NCBI RefSeq assembly: GCF_009834535.1
Contig: NC_045697.1
Coordinates: 61,692,001-61,756,000 of the forward strand
DNA length: 64,000 nucleotides
DNA from: Camelus ferus
Lineage: Eukaryota
Direction of reading: 5' to 3'
The notes under the pieces are model-generated. The model did not search any database. It had not been told where the DNA came from and saw only the letters and a list, made by a program, of their open reading frames with translations. The position numbers and the translations under genes are program-made. Shown piece by piece: positions 25,249-37,214 of the stretch (its first letter is position 1; each line of letters begins with the position of its first letter).

Positions 25249-26045
25249 TCATGGACTTTTGAATGATGGCCCATTCTGACTGGTGTGAGGTCAGGGTATG
25301 GAGAAAAGGGAACCCTCCTACACTGCTTATGGGAATGTAGTTTGGTACAGCCATTATAAAAACAGTATGGAGATTCCTCAAAAAAACTAAAAACAGACCA
25401 CCATATGATCCAGCAATTCCACTTCTGGGCATATATCCAGAGGGAACTCTAATTCAAAAAGATACATGCACCTAAATGTTCATAGCAGCACTGTATACAA
25501 TAGCCAAAACATGGAAGCAACCTAAATAGATGACTGGATAAAGAAGTTGTGGTATATTTATACAATGGAATACTACTCAGCCATAGAAAAGAATAAAATA
25601 ATACCATTTGCAGCAATATGGATGGACCTAGGGGTTGGTATTCTAAGTGAAGTAAGCCAGAAAGAAAAAGAAAAATACCATATGATATCACTCATATGTG
25701 GAATCTAAAAAAAAAAAAAAAGAAAAAAAAAAGGACACTATGAACTCATCTATAAAACAGAAACAGACTTACAGACACAGTAACCAATCTTATGGTTACC
25801 AGGGAAAAGGGGTAGGAAGGTATAAATTCCAGAGTCTGAGATTTATAAATGTTAGCCACTATATGTAAAAATAGATTTTAAAAAAGTTTCTGTGTAGCAC
25901 AGGGAACTATGTTCAATATCTTGCAATAACCTTTAATGAAAAAATATGCAAACAAATATATATATGTATATGCATGGCTGGGACATTGTCCTGTACACCA
26001 GAAATTGACACATTGTAACTGACTGTGTATTTCAATAAAAAAAAA
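25249..26045 (+). mobile_element. Lineage-specific L1, 5'-truncated with 5' inversion
   Basis: Sense ORF2 end and 3' UTR 25292-26045 with poly(A); 25249-25291 is reverse-complement L1; perfect TSD aatcacaggt at 25239-25248 and 26044-26053. Confidence 0.95.
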
Positions 26046-26403
26046 TCACAGGTGAGTTTCAAGAGTGAGCATGTGCAACTGTTCATGTGTAACCAAACCT
26101 AAAAACAGTTTAACTAATATTCCACTAAATTATGAAATAAGACAGCTAATTCTTCACACCAGATTATTTTATGTATATCAGCATTGCCTGTGACTGAAAT
26201 TTTGCTACTTTCTTCCAAATTCTAGTAATGTTAGTATAATTTTGAATGTTAACAGAGTGGGACACAAATATTATTTATCCTATGTATAAATTCTATGAAT
26301 AATCCTCTTTTTCCCTTAGGTAATTCTCTATCTGAATTTCAAGATGGATAACAAGAGTTGATATATGTTAACCCAAAGCAAATATGCTTTCTTGCTCTCT
26401 CCT

Positions 26404-26472
26404 GCTCACTCTCTCTCTCTCCCATATACACGTACACACACATACACACACACACACACGCATGCACACACG
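26404..26472 (+). repeat. Compound (CT)n/(CA)n microsatellite
   Basis: Directly visible, imperfect. Confidence 0.9.
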
Positions 26473-26943
26473 TGACACAGGCAAAGAGAAATACCATCAG
26501 TCAACAAATGCCTTGCTAGAACAGAAATCAAACTGAAGGCTCATAAAACAAAGAGAAGAGAAGAAGAAATTCTCCTGACAATATACAAAGAAGAAGCGGG
26601 CTAACTGCCAGCTCAAAAAAGAATTCTTTAGGTAATATTTTCAAATCATATGCCTTAATTTTATTACTGGACTAAGAAAATGAATATATAGAAGCTCAAG
26701 TAAACCAAAGGCTTTCACACCATTTCTGGCCTCTCCAAAAATTCAGACTCCTCTCTCCTTTCCTTCACACTTGAGGCAACTGAGCTTATATATATAAACA
26801 AATACCAAGTGCCATGAAACAGCAGGCCTCTTTTCTTTAAAATAGTTGAATATATTTTATGAGCTATGTTAAAAAATAAAGTGGCAATTTATTTGTTGCT
26901 TACACATGTTCAGACTTTCATGAACATTTTTGGTGAAAACTTC

Positions 26944-27328
26944 TGTTATGGGCTGAATTATGTTCCCCCAAAATTCATATGTTGAAGTCCCAATGCCCCA
27001 TATCTCAGAATGGGGCTGTATTTGGAGAGTGGATATTTAAAGAGGAGACTGTTAGAGCGAGGTCATTAGAAGGGACCTAATCCAATATCATTGCTGTCCT
27101 TATGAGAGGAAATTAGGACACAGACTCTCACACAGAGGGAAGTCCAGATGAAGACACAGGGAGAAGGCAGCCATATACAAGCCAGAAGGGTAGACTCAGA
27201 AGAACCCCAGCCCTGCTAACACAGTGCTCTCTAACACTGAGCCTCCAGGAGGTAAGAAAATACATTTCTGTTGTGTAGGCCACTCTGTCTGTGGTACTTT
27301 GTAATGGCAGCCAGAGCAAACTAATAAA
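26944..27328 (+). mobile_element. MaLR solo LTR, MLT1B-like, full length
   Basis: Starts 'tgttatgggctgaattatgttcccccaaaattcatatgttgaagtc', ends 'tggtactttgtaatggcagccagagcaaactaataaa'; 385 bp; 5-bp TSD acttc / actac. Confidence 0.92.
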
Positions 27329-28799
27329 ACTACTAACTGCCTAAATTCATGGCAATAAGCACTTCCTAAATACAATTACTGGTATTACAAAGATCACTTG
27401 TCCATAAATATCACCCACAACTAAACAGAAATATAACTGAGAGAATTTCTTATAAAATCAAACTAACACACTCTGTAGTTGTATATGTACCTTCTTCCTA
27501 AGTCTGGCCAAGTGTTTCATATCTTTAGATCCATTTACAGCCTCAGGGGGGCAGAACTGGCACATTCAGAAACCCCAGGTAGAGTGCTGCAAGACAGAAA
27601 AGCTCAGGACTGGAATATGGAAATAAGAAAAGAAATGGCTGTAGGGTTAGCTTTCTGGGGTGAAGATAAATTTTTTTCCAATGTGAGAGAGTCTGACTCA
27701 GATCAAAACAAGCTGTCCCAGGTTAAAGTCATCTTGACTCCTTGTCCCTGCTCAGTGGTCCCCTGTAAAACTTCTAGCTGAAGGTTTCTTTCTGTTGTCC
27801 TAGTCACTTGTCTGCCTCAATTCACTGGACCAGAATTTCCTATAGAGCAAAGACCACATGTCTGGCACATCAAGGGCATGTGTATTTGAGAAGTTGATGA
27901 GTAAATGGATGACTATAGAAAAAAAATGGGTGAAAATAAATCAAAGATTCAGGGCATCTAACAAAATTCCAAACAGTAGGCGATTGGCAGTGCAGGCAGA
28001 TGAACTGTTTAATAGCAGATATCAGTATAATGAAGTCATTGAACAATACGTATTATTCAGCCCCTGGAGGCATTATTCATCTTATTGTAATTTAGTCCCA
28101 AGAAGATTATACTCATTACATTCAACTTTGGTTATATGGTTATAATAGATCTAACAACCAGACTGAGTCAGTGTTGAATCAATGAACTTCTCAGAGTCCC
28201 TGGGGATGAGGAGACTTGCATACGGAAAGTAATTTAGGAACAGAACATAGTTAAGCTCCATAAGGACAAGTTATATGTCTATGCTGTATCTCTAGTCATG
28301 ACACATATCAGGTTCTCAATACATATTTGTTAAGTCAAGTAATGTTTAAAATATATTCAAGTCAGCTGAAACATATTGCAAATTAATGAAAGCTGTGCTG
28401 TAAAACAAATTTCAATAATTAACTGATCCAGAAATACCAAATATAATGGGTGGCATTTGGTGAAACCAGACCCTCCAACATCATCCTTCCCTGAGTTATG
28501 TAGAGCCTGTCAGTCAGCCTCACACAACTCCACTCAGTATTTGGTCTGTAGCCAGTGAGAAAGCATGTGGGTCAAACCACTTAATCAAGATGTGTTCTGG
28601 GTGCACTCACCATGCCTGTTATTCTAACATGAGCTGAGCATTCATCATTTTAATTACATATTCACAGCACCTTAGCCATCTATGTGGCAATCGAATTATT
28701 CAAAGTGTTAACTATTTGCTTTTTTGACCCAAGGGACAAAACTGTAGGGAGGGAAGGGGTGAGAAGGGAGTTGGAGCTGATAAAAGGGGTGTAAAGGGA

Positions 28800-28945
28800 A
28801 TTGACATTAATTAGACACATGCTGTGTGTCAGCCATGGTGATAGGCTTATAATAGCTCTCATATCATACAGTCTTCCTAACCACTGTCTGGGGCAGATGT
28901 AATCATCTCCACTTTACAAATGGGATAAGTGAATCTCAGAGCTTT
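28800..28945 (-). mobile_element. MIR SINE, apparently resuming near 29370-29410 after the LTR
   Basis: 'gcagatgtaatcatctccactttacaaatgggataagtgaatctcagag'; later 'aagtagcttttccaagatcacccaact'. Confidence 0.65.
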
Positions 28946-28999
28946 ACTAAATCAATTTAGTTAAAAACAATAATCATTTATACTTTACGATTCTGTAAG

Positions 29000-29367
29000 T
29001 CAATAATGGAGGCTGGGTTCAGCTGAGAGATTTTCTGATCTCTGCTGGACTTTCTCAAACATCTGTTGTCACTGCAGATGAGGTAGGAGACCCTGATTCT
29101 GATTCTGGGGAGTGGCAAGTCATTAGCTGGGAATCCCTTTCCTTCACATGATCTCTTTAAATGTGGTGAGAGATCTGGGCTCCAAAGAACCACACAACCA
29201 CTCATTCTTTTGGCCACCTCATTGTTGGCCAAAGCAATTACAAGGCCAAATCCAGAGTCAAGGATTAAGGAAATAGATACTACCTCTTAATGAGAAGAGC
29301 TACAAAGTCACATGGCTAGAGTGCAGAGTGAAGAATTAGAAACATTTTGCAATCAAAACTAGCACAG
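29000..29367 (-). mobile_element. MaLR LTR fragment (MLT1H/J-like)
   Basis: 'cattgttggccaaagcaattacaaggccaaatccagagtcaagg...aaatagatactacctcttaatgagaagagctacaaagtcacatggc...ttttgcaatc'. Confidence 0.75.
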
Positions 29368-30299
29368 GTATCAAGTAGCTTTTCCAAGATCACCCAACTG
29401 TTAATCACTGAGACAGATTTTCTTCTATAATAGTTCTCAGCAACTGCCACAATGCTACATAAATGGTAGATGTTTAAGAATGCTTTGAACAAAGACAAAT
29501 TCCACTAACTATATTGTGTACCTAATTAAAAGCTATATCTCAGGCTATCTTTGCTCTTCATCTGATAAATTGCTACGAGACCTTATTTAAAGTTCCCCCC
29601 AAAATTAAAAAAAATAAATAAATTGTTTATGATCCTTAATAGCCTTTCTTTTTTTGTAAAGAATCTGTTAGAAATTCTATATATTAACCGCTTTTGTTAG
29701 TCTATTTGTTTTGTCTGATTGTCTTTAATTGTTAGGTGGAAACAAGAGATTCCTTTAAAAAAAAGTCAGATTCTAAAATGAAGGTTCAAGTCAAACTAAC
29801 CAAGTAACAAGAAGCCATACTGCCAAGGACAAGCACACAATACTCCTCTAGTTTGAGAAAAATTCCAGCAAGAAAGTTTTTCAGAGAGCCAGCACTCTCT
29901 AGAGATCATACCCAGTAGTGGTCAAAACCAAGACAACTGCACCAGGCAGGGAAGCCAACCAGGATTAGGAATGGCTTTAGAAGCAAATCAATTCAAACAG
30001 CACAGTGCTAGCAGCATCACATCAGCCTCACTCCTTACCACAGGAGTACCTTATAGGCCCTCGCACTTGACTCTGAAAATAGTATCTTATTAAAAAAAAA
30101 AAGCAGAAAACTTCAGCCACTGGGTGGAAGATAGCCTGCACAGGAGAAACTGAGGATGGCCCTCTTGGCAGGAAATAAGAACTCCCACAATACTCAGAAA
30201 ATAATCGCAAACTACCAAGAAAGATAATATTTTTTAAGTACTGCAAGGTGAAACTCATTACACAAATGGAGGTAGAAGTTGTGAATGATAACAGCCAAC

Positions 30300-30537
30300 T
30301 TTGACCCCTACCACGTGTCATATCTTGCAGTAAATGCTGTATTATTATTTCATTTAATTCTCACATTGACTCTAAAAGGTAGATTCTATTTTATTTGTAT
30401 TGACAGGTAAGAAAATTGAGCAAGAGGTTAAATAACACTCTCTAGGTCATACAGCTAGTACACAGCAAGGCCTGAGTTTAAAACCACAGTTCTCTGATCC
30501 CAGAGTCCATACCTTCAACCTGTACATCACTGCCTCT
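30300..30537 (-). mobile_element. MIR SINE
   Basis: 'tttcatttaattctcaca', 'acaggtaagaaaattgagcaagaggttaaataac...aggtcatacagctagta...tttaaaaccacag'. Confidence 0.85.
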
Positions 30538-30643
30538 TAAGTAAAGCATGGGGTTCCATTTAAATAAGGAAAAGATGAGCAAAACTATTGTCTTTACATA
30601 AGGGAAATTTGAATTATTGGTATACAGCTAAATATAACTAATC

Positions 30644-30695
<52 letters not shown>
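30644..30695 (+). repeat. (ATAG)13 perfect microsatellite
   Basis: Directly visible. Confidence 0.97.
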
Positions 30696-30721
30696 GTTTT
30701 ACATAAAACAATTATTCTGAT

Positions 30722-31968
30722 CAAAGTAAACTCAAAATGGTTTAAAGACTTAACATAAGACAAGACACTACAAACCTCTTAGAAGAAACCACAGGCAAAA
30801 TATTATCTGACATAAATCTTAGCATGTTCTCCTAGAGCAGTCTACCCAGGCAATAGAAATAAAAGCAAAAATAAACAAATGGGACCTGATTAAACTTATA
30901 AGCTTTTGCACAGCAAAGGAAACCATAAGCAAAACAAAAAGATAAGCTACAGGCTGGGAGAAAATGTTTGCAAATGATAAGACTGACAAGGGCTTAATTT
31001 CCAAATAGATAAACAGCTCATACAACTTAATACCGAAAAACAAACAACCCAATCCAAAAATGGGCAGAAGACCTAAACAAGCAATTCTCTAATGAAGACA
31101 TACAAATGGCCAAAAGGCACATGAAAAAATGCTCAATATCACTAATTATCAGAGAGATGCAATCAAAACTACAATGAGGTATCACCTCAAACCAGTGAGA
31201 ATGGCCATCATTCAAAAGTCCACAAATGATAAATGCTGGAGACGCTGTGGAGTAAAGGGAACCCTCCCACACTGTTGGTGGAAATGTAGTTTGGTGGAGC
31301 CATTATGGAAAACAGTATGGAGAGTCCTCAAAAGAATAAAAATAGACTTACCATATATGATCCAGCAATCCCACTCCTGGGCATATATCCAGACGGAAAC
31401 TTACTTCAAAAAGATACATGCATGCCAAAGTTCAGAGCAGCACTACTTACAATAGCTAAAACATGGAAACAACCTAAATGTTCATCGACAGATGACTGGG
31501 TAAAGAAGATGTGGTATATTTATACAATGGAATACTACTCAGCCATAAAAAAGAATAAAATAATACCATCTACAGCAACATGGATGGACCCGGAGATTGT
31601 CATTCTAAGTGAAGTAAACCAGAAAGAAAAAGAAAAATACCGTATGATATCACTTATATGTGGAAGCTAAAAAAAAAAGAAGACAAAACAGAAACAGACT
31701 CACAGACTTAAAAAACAAACGTATGGTTACCAGAGGGGAAAGGGGTGGGAAGGGATAAATTGGGAGTTCAAGAATTATTAATATTAACTACTATATATAA
31801 AAATGTACACTCTATAGCCCAAGGAACTATATTCAATATCTTGTAGGAACCTGTAATGAAAAAGAATATAAAACTGAATATATGTACATATATGTATGAC
31901 TGAAGTATTATGCTGTACACCAAAAATTGACACAATGTTGTAAACTGACTATACTTCAATTTTTAAAA
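30722..31968 (+). mobile_element. L1 ORF2 C-terminal part plus 3' UTR, about 1.25 kb, frameshifted
   Basis: ORF 31129..31455 contains the L1 ORF2 CCHC motif '[18 protein letters not shown]'; ORF 31305..31670 contains '[12 protein letters not shown]...AKTWKQPKC...[18 protein letters not shown]'; the two lie in different frames, so ORF2 is disrupted. Confidence 0.97.
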
Positions 31969-33006
31969 AGTATAATGTTACATGTAAGCATAAGTTAACA
32001 TTTTCAGATAGAAGAAAACTGGATAGTCCTTTCTTTTTGTAAGAATAGAGTCTCCACTCTCTCAACTTTCAAAATATAGCATCAGCCTTTCCATTACCAC
32101 TCTCTGTTATTCAAAGGACATAAACATCCTTAAGTTATGAGCTCAAAAGTCCAAATGATCTGGCCTGAACTTGAGGGTATAACCTTTAACCAAGTCAAAA
32201 TCTATTGTCAAAACTCATTCAAAATCTCACCAGAAAGGCTGAATATACTATTATAACAGCCACCATTTCTGAATACTTATATGTCAGATGCTTTACACGT
32301 GTTACCTTTAATGCTCATATAGCAAGGCAATATTGATTGATATTGATATGATATTGATACATGTCATTGGGTTTGTTTGTTTTATAGTCCCTTTTACCCA
32401 TAATTGTCCCCCTACCATTCAAACAGCAGCACTGGTTATCTATACATACTGCTCTTGGCTTAGCATTTGATATAGACTGAAAAATGAGTCAAATACATGG
32501 CTTTCAAGCACTATATAGACTTTTACAAATATTTAACAGAAACAATATTGAAATCCACAGTTTTTAATTGCAGGAATGAAGTGCTTGAGAAAAAAAGTTT
32601 CTTTCTTTACTTTTTCCCTCAATCTCTCTGCCTCTGTCTCTCTTTCGCTCTCTCTCCCCTCCACCTCTATTCTTCCCACCCTCCCTCTTTCTTTTTTAAA
32701 AAAATTCTAATCATTTAGCTTTACTTATCAAGAGCCAAATCCAATAGAATTCACAGATAAGAATTTATTCATTAACCATAGAGAAGGAAAATAAAATATG
32801 AAATGATACAAAAGCCTTATTTCACTAGGATCATATGCCTAAGATTTAGATGAGGTGAGACTGAAATGAGGTGGGAGATCCAGTTACCTCACCCCTCCAT
32901 CACCATCCAGAATTAATTTCAGGTGAAAAAAGTGGAGAAATGATAGAAACTGCAATGAATCAACAGGTATATTTTGAGAAATCACAGAGTATAAAAAATA
33001 ATCATT

Positions 33007-33412
33007 GAATAAACAAAATGTGGTATAAACATACAATGAAATATTATTCAGTCTTAGAAAGGAAGGAAATTCTGGCACATGCCACAGCATGGATAAAGTT
33101 TGAGGACTAAGTAAATTAAGCCAGTCACAAAAAGACAAGTACTGTATTATCTCATTTATATGAGGTACTGAGGGTAGTCAAATTCAGAGACAGAAAGTAA
33201 AATGTTAATTTCCAGGGGGCTTGGAGAAGGAGACGTGGGGAGTTACTGCTTCACAAGTATAGAGTTTTAATTTTTCAAGATGAAAAGAATTCTGGATATG
33301 GATGGTTACACAACAGTGTGAATGCATTTTTAATTCAACTGAACTGCACACTTAAAAATAGTTAAGATGCTAATTCTATGTTATGTGTATTTTACCACAA
33401 TTTAAAATTTTA
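33007..33412 (+). mobile_element. Old L1 (L1MB-type) 3' end
   Basis: 'ataaacaaaatgtggtataaacatacaatgaaatattattcagtc...ccagtcacaaaaagacaagtactg...ctgaactgcacacttaaaaatagttaagatg...tgtattttaccacaat'. Confidence 0.9.
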
Positions 33413-34209
33413 AGAATTATTTAAGTAAGTATATAACTTTCCAGACTTCTTACCAGTTCCAGAGGGTCCTGCTCCTCTTCATTCATGCTAATCCAATGTC
33501 CTGGAATCAGGACCAGGAACAATACCTGACGTCTACTCAGAAAGACAGATTTTTTCAGAACTCAACAGTTACTGGGCACATTCTCCCCGGACAGACAACC
33601 ATGGACTGATCCACAGATTCTCTGCCACTGTGTGCTCTTCCCAGTAGGAAATCTATTGTTAATAATTTTAGGAAGTGTGACTTTCCGTGGCTACTTCTTG
33701 GCATAGCCAAATGAACCTCCAACATTAGTTTCTACAGTTGGGCCAGTTCCCCAAGAACCTCGGTCCACTTTCATTTAATGGTCCTCTCTTCTCTCTCCCA
33801 GTATCATTCTGCCTCAAGAGATCATCATACCTTATATCACACTTATGATCTCCAACATTACAAATTTTGGAAGCAAACACACATATACACAATATATATA
33901 CATATGTGAATTGATGAGGAGTTTATCAATTGTGTAAATACAATAAAATCTTTATGTGTTATAAGGGCATACTTACTGAATACTAATATACTTCCATCGA
34001 CGGTTATAGTTTTCTGTGTTTCTTAACTTTATATAGTGTGCTTTTTTTCAAGAAATATCTCATGAGACTAATTTCCAGGGAACATGCTTTTGAAAATGGT
34101 ATGTTAATGAAACATTATATTAATAAGGTCAGAAATTTTGAGTTTTATCTCTGAGGTCTTCAATCATCTGTCTAAAAGCAAATGTGAATGTTGAGGTCCT
34201 GCTACCTTC

Positions 34210-34953
34210 TGTGGATGTCTGTTATTTCTGCCTCCACAACTCCCATTCCTCCTCCTTCTGTTTTTTTTTGTTTTTTTTAATTTTTACTTTTTTGGGGGGT
34301 GGGGCTAGAGGGAGAGGGGAGGTAATTAGGTCTGTTTGTTTCTTTGTTTGTTTTAGAGGAGGTACTGGGGATTGAACCCAGGACCTTGTGCATGCTAAGC
34401 ATGCACTCTACCACTTGAGCTATACCTTCCCCACCCCCCTTCTAGAAACAATTACTTGGTTTTCCTTTGGAGAACCATCCTTACTCACAAAATCAACCCA
34501 CCCAGTTTGGATATGGTTTATTCTACCCTCAGTTTCAAGGACAGTCCCATGAACCAGCCCAGCCAATCAACATATTTTATCCTACCTGACACAGAAATTG
34601 GGTCAGGGTGGGCACATGATCAAAGTCAAGCTGACTCTTAATTTTTTTTTTTTTTTTTTTTGGGCTGGAACTTTCAGGAAAGAAAATCTCTTTTAACCAG
34701 GGTTGCTCAACTTGTAAGATATAAGTCTGAAGCTGCTCGGGGCAGCATACAGAGAAGGACAGTCTAAAACTAAAGTCTGCCCAGGAAAGCAGAGCCAAGT
34801 GGTAGAGTGTTCATGGACATATGTGAGTCACTGACTCTAGCTGAGGGCAACAACACCTAGGTTTTTCAGTTACATCAGTATTTTTCCCCCCTTTTTAGGC
34901 CATTATTAGTGGGGTATCAGTCACTTTTGAGCCAAAGAATCCTGATTAATGCA
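34210..34953 (+). mobile_element. Old MaLR LTR (MLT1K/L-like), interrupted by a SINE
   Basis: 'cagccaatca...tgggtcagggtgggcacatga', 'ggaaagcagagcc', 3' 'ttttcagttacatcag...gtcacttttgagccaaagaatcctgattaatgca'. Confidence 0.7.
34260..34432 (-). mobile_element. tRNA-derived SINE of the camelid Vic-1 type
   Basis: Reverse strand reads 'ggggaaggtatagctcaagtggtagagtgcatgcttagcatgcacaaggtcctgggttcaatccccagtacctcc' (A and B boxes), then 'acctaattacctccc' and an A-rich tail; flanked by ccttct at 34254-34259 and 34438-34443. Confidence 0.88.
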
Positions 34954-35747
34954 CTACTCTAAATAGGCAGCACTGTTCCCCCAGTAATAAATAGCACAGG
35001 TAGAGTGCTTTGGAAAGGTTAATTCATAGTGCTTAAGAGAAGTTAATTCACTTTCATGAATCTAGCCTTATATCCTTTATCCTAATTCTGGAGCAAAAAT
35101 GTCACAGGATTATTAAGAAGGAAATCTCTTTCTTCTACAATCAAATGAACCCCAACTTCAGGTTTCAGCTTCTATTCCTTAATTTATTGAGGTCTCACAA
35201 CTTTTAAAGTGCTTTAAATTAAGATTCATTTTGTAAGCCTCATGAATCGTAATTAATCTTTACAAGCACCTGGAGATTCTTGGGTGCAAGACCAGATAAA
35301 AGACAAAGCAACATTATTAAATAATTTAACCATTATTATTTTTTCAAGAGAAAATACAAGTATGAAAACCTTCAGGGAACATGATAATCAGGGAGACAAT
35401 AACGAAGAGCTGATTAAAAAGAAGCCTCTTTGTCCCTGCAAAAGAGAAAATCTTTGCAGAGTTTTTGGTGAATTCATGGTTCGTGCTTCATATCCCTTTA
35501 CTCCCTGCAGACCGCTCCCTCCAGCTCTCCAGCACAAACAGACACACAGACCCCAGAGGAAGGTTCTTTGTGCACGTTTGAATTAAGGGTTCTGAGGAGA
35601 ACATGTAACAGTTCCTATACAATGATGGAAATGTAATGTCATGAGACACTTCTCCAAAAGAGAGCTGCCTGGCAGAGATGAACATTTTAAAACATCAAAC
35701 AATAGGGAAATCTCATAAATATCAGTTCTGACCACTCATTAGAAGCT

Positions 35748-35863
35748 AGAAAAAAGGAAATGACTGATTCTAGACAAATTGCTTTCTGGATATACACAGA
35801 AAAAAGGAAATGACTGATTCTTAAAAAAAAAAAACAAAACTGCTTATTGGATATACACAGAAA
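35748..35863 (+). repeat. Tandem duplication of a 50-bp unit
   Basis: 'agaaaaaaggaaatgactgattct...tgctt..tggatatacac' twice; second copy has an expanded A tract. Confidence 0.9.
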
Positions 35864-35939
35864 TAGAGCATGACTTTGATTTGGTGGTGAATGGAAGTTG
35901 TCCTAAAAACAAATTTAGGTAAAAAAAAAAGTTCCCAGC

Positions 35940-36560
35940 TTGGCGGGTGCATCTTTTGCAGCCCCATGACAGGATTAATTCCTGTGGTGCCACATCACTT
36001 CATATAAAGGTCAGGCTCAAGCGATAATGATAAAAGGACAGGTCATCTCCTAAGAATTAATGACTAGAGGGAAGGAATTGATGGCCTTTGGCTCTACCTT
36101 CAGCCATTAACCCCAGCTGGCCATTAATCCTCAAGAGATGCCCTGTGTTGAGGATGTTATTGCTGTTATAAACTCTAAGTGAAGGAAACTGCACAGGCTC
36201 AAACACTGGCATGAGAAATTTAACTTAATGAATGATGCATTTTGAAAAGCATATTCAAGATAATCAGACAAATAGTTGAGCTATATGTGACTTAGCCAGC
36301 TTGCATCCATCGGCTCCTTTTAGTTAGGTTAAAACTAACTCTACAAATGATGCCAAAGCTAGGCTCTGAGTCTGACTGGTTTTATATATGAGTGCTGTGA
36401 TTGATATTCCATTATTGTCAGTGTTCCTGATTAGTGCAGTATAATTACAAGGTTTATTGCTAATGTCAGTGAAATTACAGAGATTAGCAGCTAGCAAGGG
36501 TTTTGCAGACATTTCCAAAGGTCTGTCCGCCCACTGACTAGTTGATGGAGTTGATATTTT
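35940..36560. promoter_or_regulatory. Candidate conserved non-coding enhancer (PBX-HOX/MEIS/homeodomain motif cluster)
   Basis: No repeat recognised; TGATTGAT 36398-36405, TGTCAG 36416-36421 and 36464-36469, TAATTA 36442-36447, TTTATTG 36453-36459, two GCCATTAA, AGGTCA half-sites; function inferred. Confidence 0.45.
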
Positions 36561-37214
36561 GCTCCCCACCAAACAGTTTGTAAAAGGGACCTGGACTATT
36601 CCACATGCCTTTCTGACTGACATTTCCAGAACTATCTTCCTTATGCCTGAGGTGATAATTCCCCAAATTGGGTTTATGTGCTGGAAAAAAAGTTGATCCT
36701 TATAGGCTGCTTGAAATGCCATCTCTGCAGGGACTCATCTTGAAGCAGTAATTCCAGAGTGACATGAAAGGATTAAAAGGTAAATAAAGGAATTGGGTAT
36801 GCTCCAAAGTCAATTCATTCAAACAGCTACTTGTAGGAAAAACAAAAAGTAAAAGTAATACCATGTTGGGATTAACAGTGAGAAGTAAAATTATTTGAGG
36901 CATTGTAAGAGTAGTATTAGCAATAGAAAGAAATATCCTGGACCTAGATGTAAGATGTTAGCTGGAATTGGGAAACAACTCAAAAGTAATTTAGCTTCCT
37001 AATGGACACCATTAAGTGATTTCTACTAAGTGCTAATCTCTGATATGATTCACTTTCAAATCAATAAATCAGACCAGCTGTGCCCTCTCAAGACAAAAAA
37101 AAAAAAAAAAAAAAAACCTGTGATGAATCTATACGTGGAGGAAGTCTCAAATAGATAATGTCTAAATATCATAACATATTTTGTCTGGTGTCTTCTAAAT
37201 TGCTATAATTTGTA

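Noticed and set aside
27545..27558. 14-mer 'aggggggcagaact' shared with 44365-44378, superficially CTCF-like
   Set aside because: Several 14-mer coincidences are expected in 64 kb, and the G run is one base too long for the CTCF core
31129..31670. Two ORFs with real protein motifs
   Set aside because: Frameshifted L1 ORF2 remnants, not a host gene
33454..33500. Minus-strand exon-like piece encoding 'MNEEEQDPLEL' before GTAAGA
   Set aside because: Weak acceptor tract, no promoter context, peptide unrecognised; similar short pseudo-exons occur near 9281-9315 and 30040-30073
34360..34432. tRNA-like sequence with A and B boxes
   Set aside because: It is the head of a SINE with body, A-rich tail and flanking repeat, not a tRNA gene
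36324..36722. 132-aa minus-strand ORF
   Set aside because: No recognisable homology; it overlaps the motif-dense candidate enhancer, which explains the sequence better
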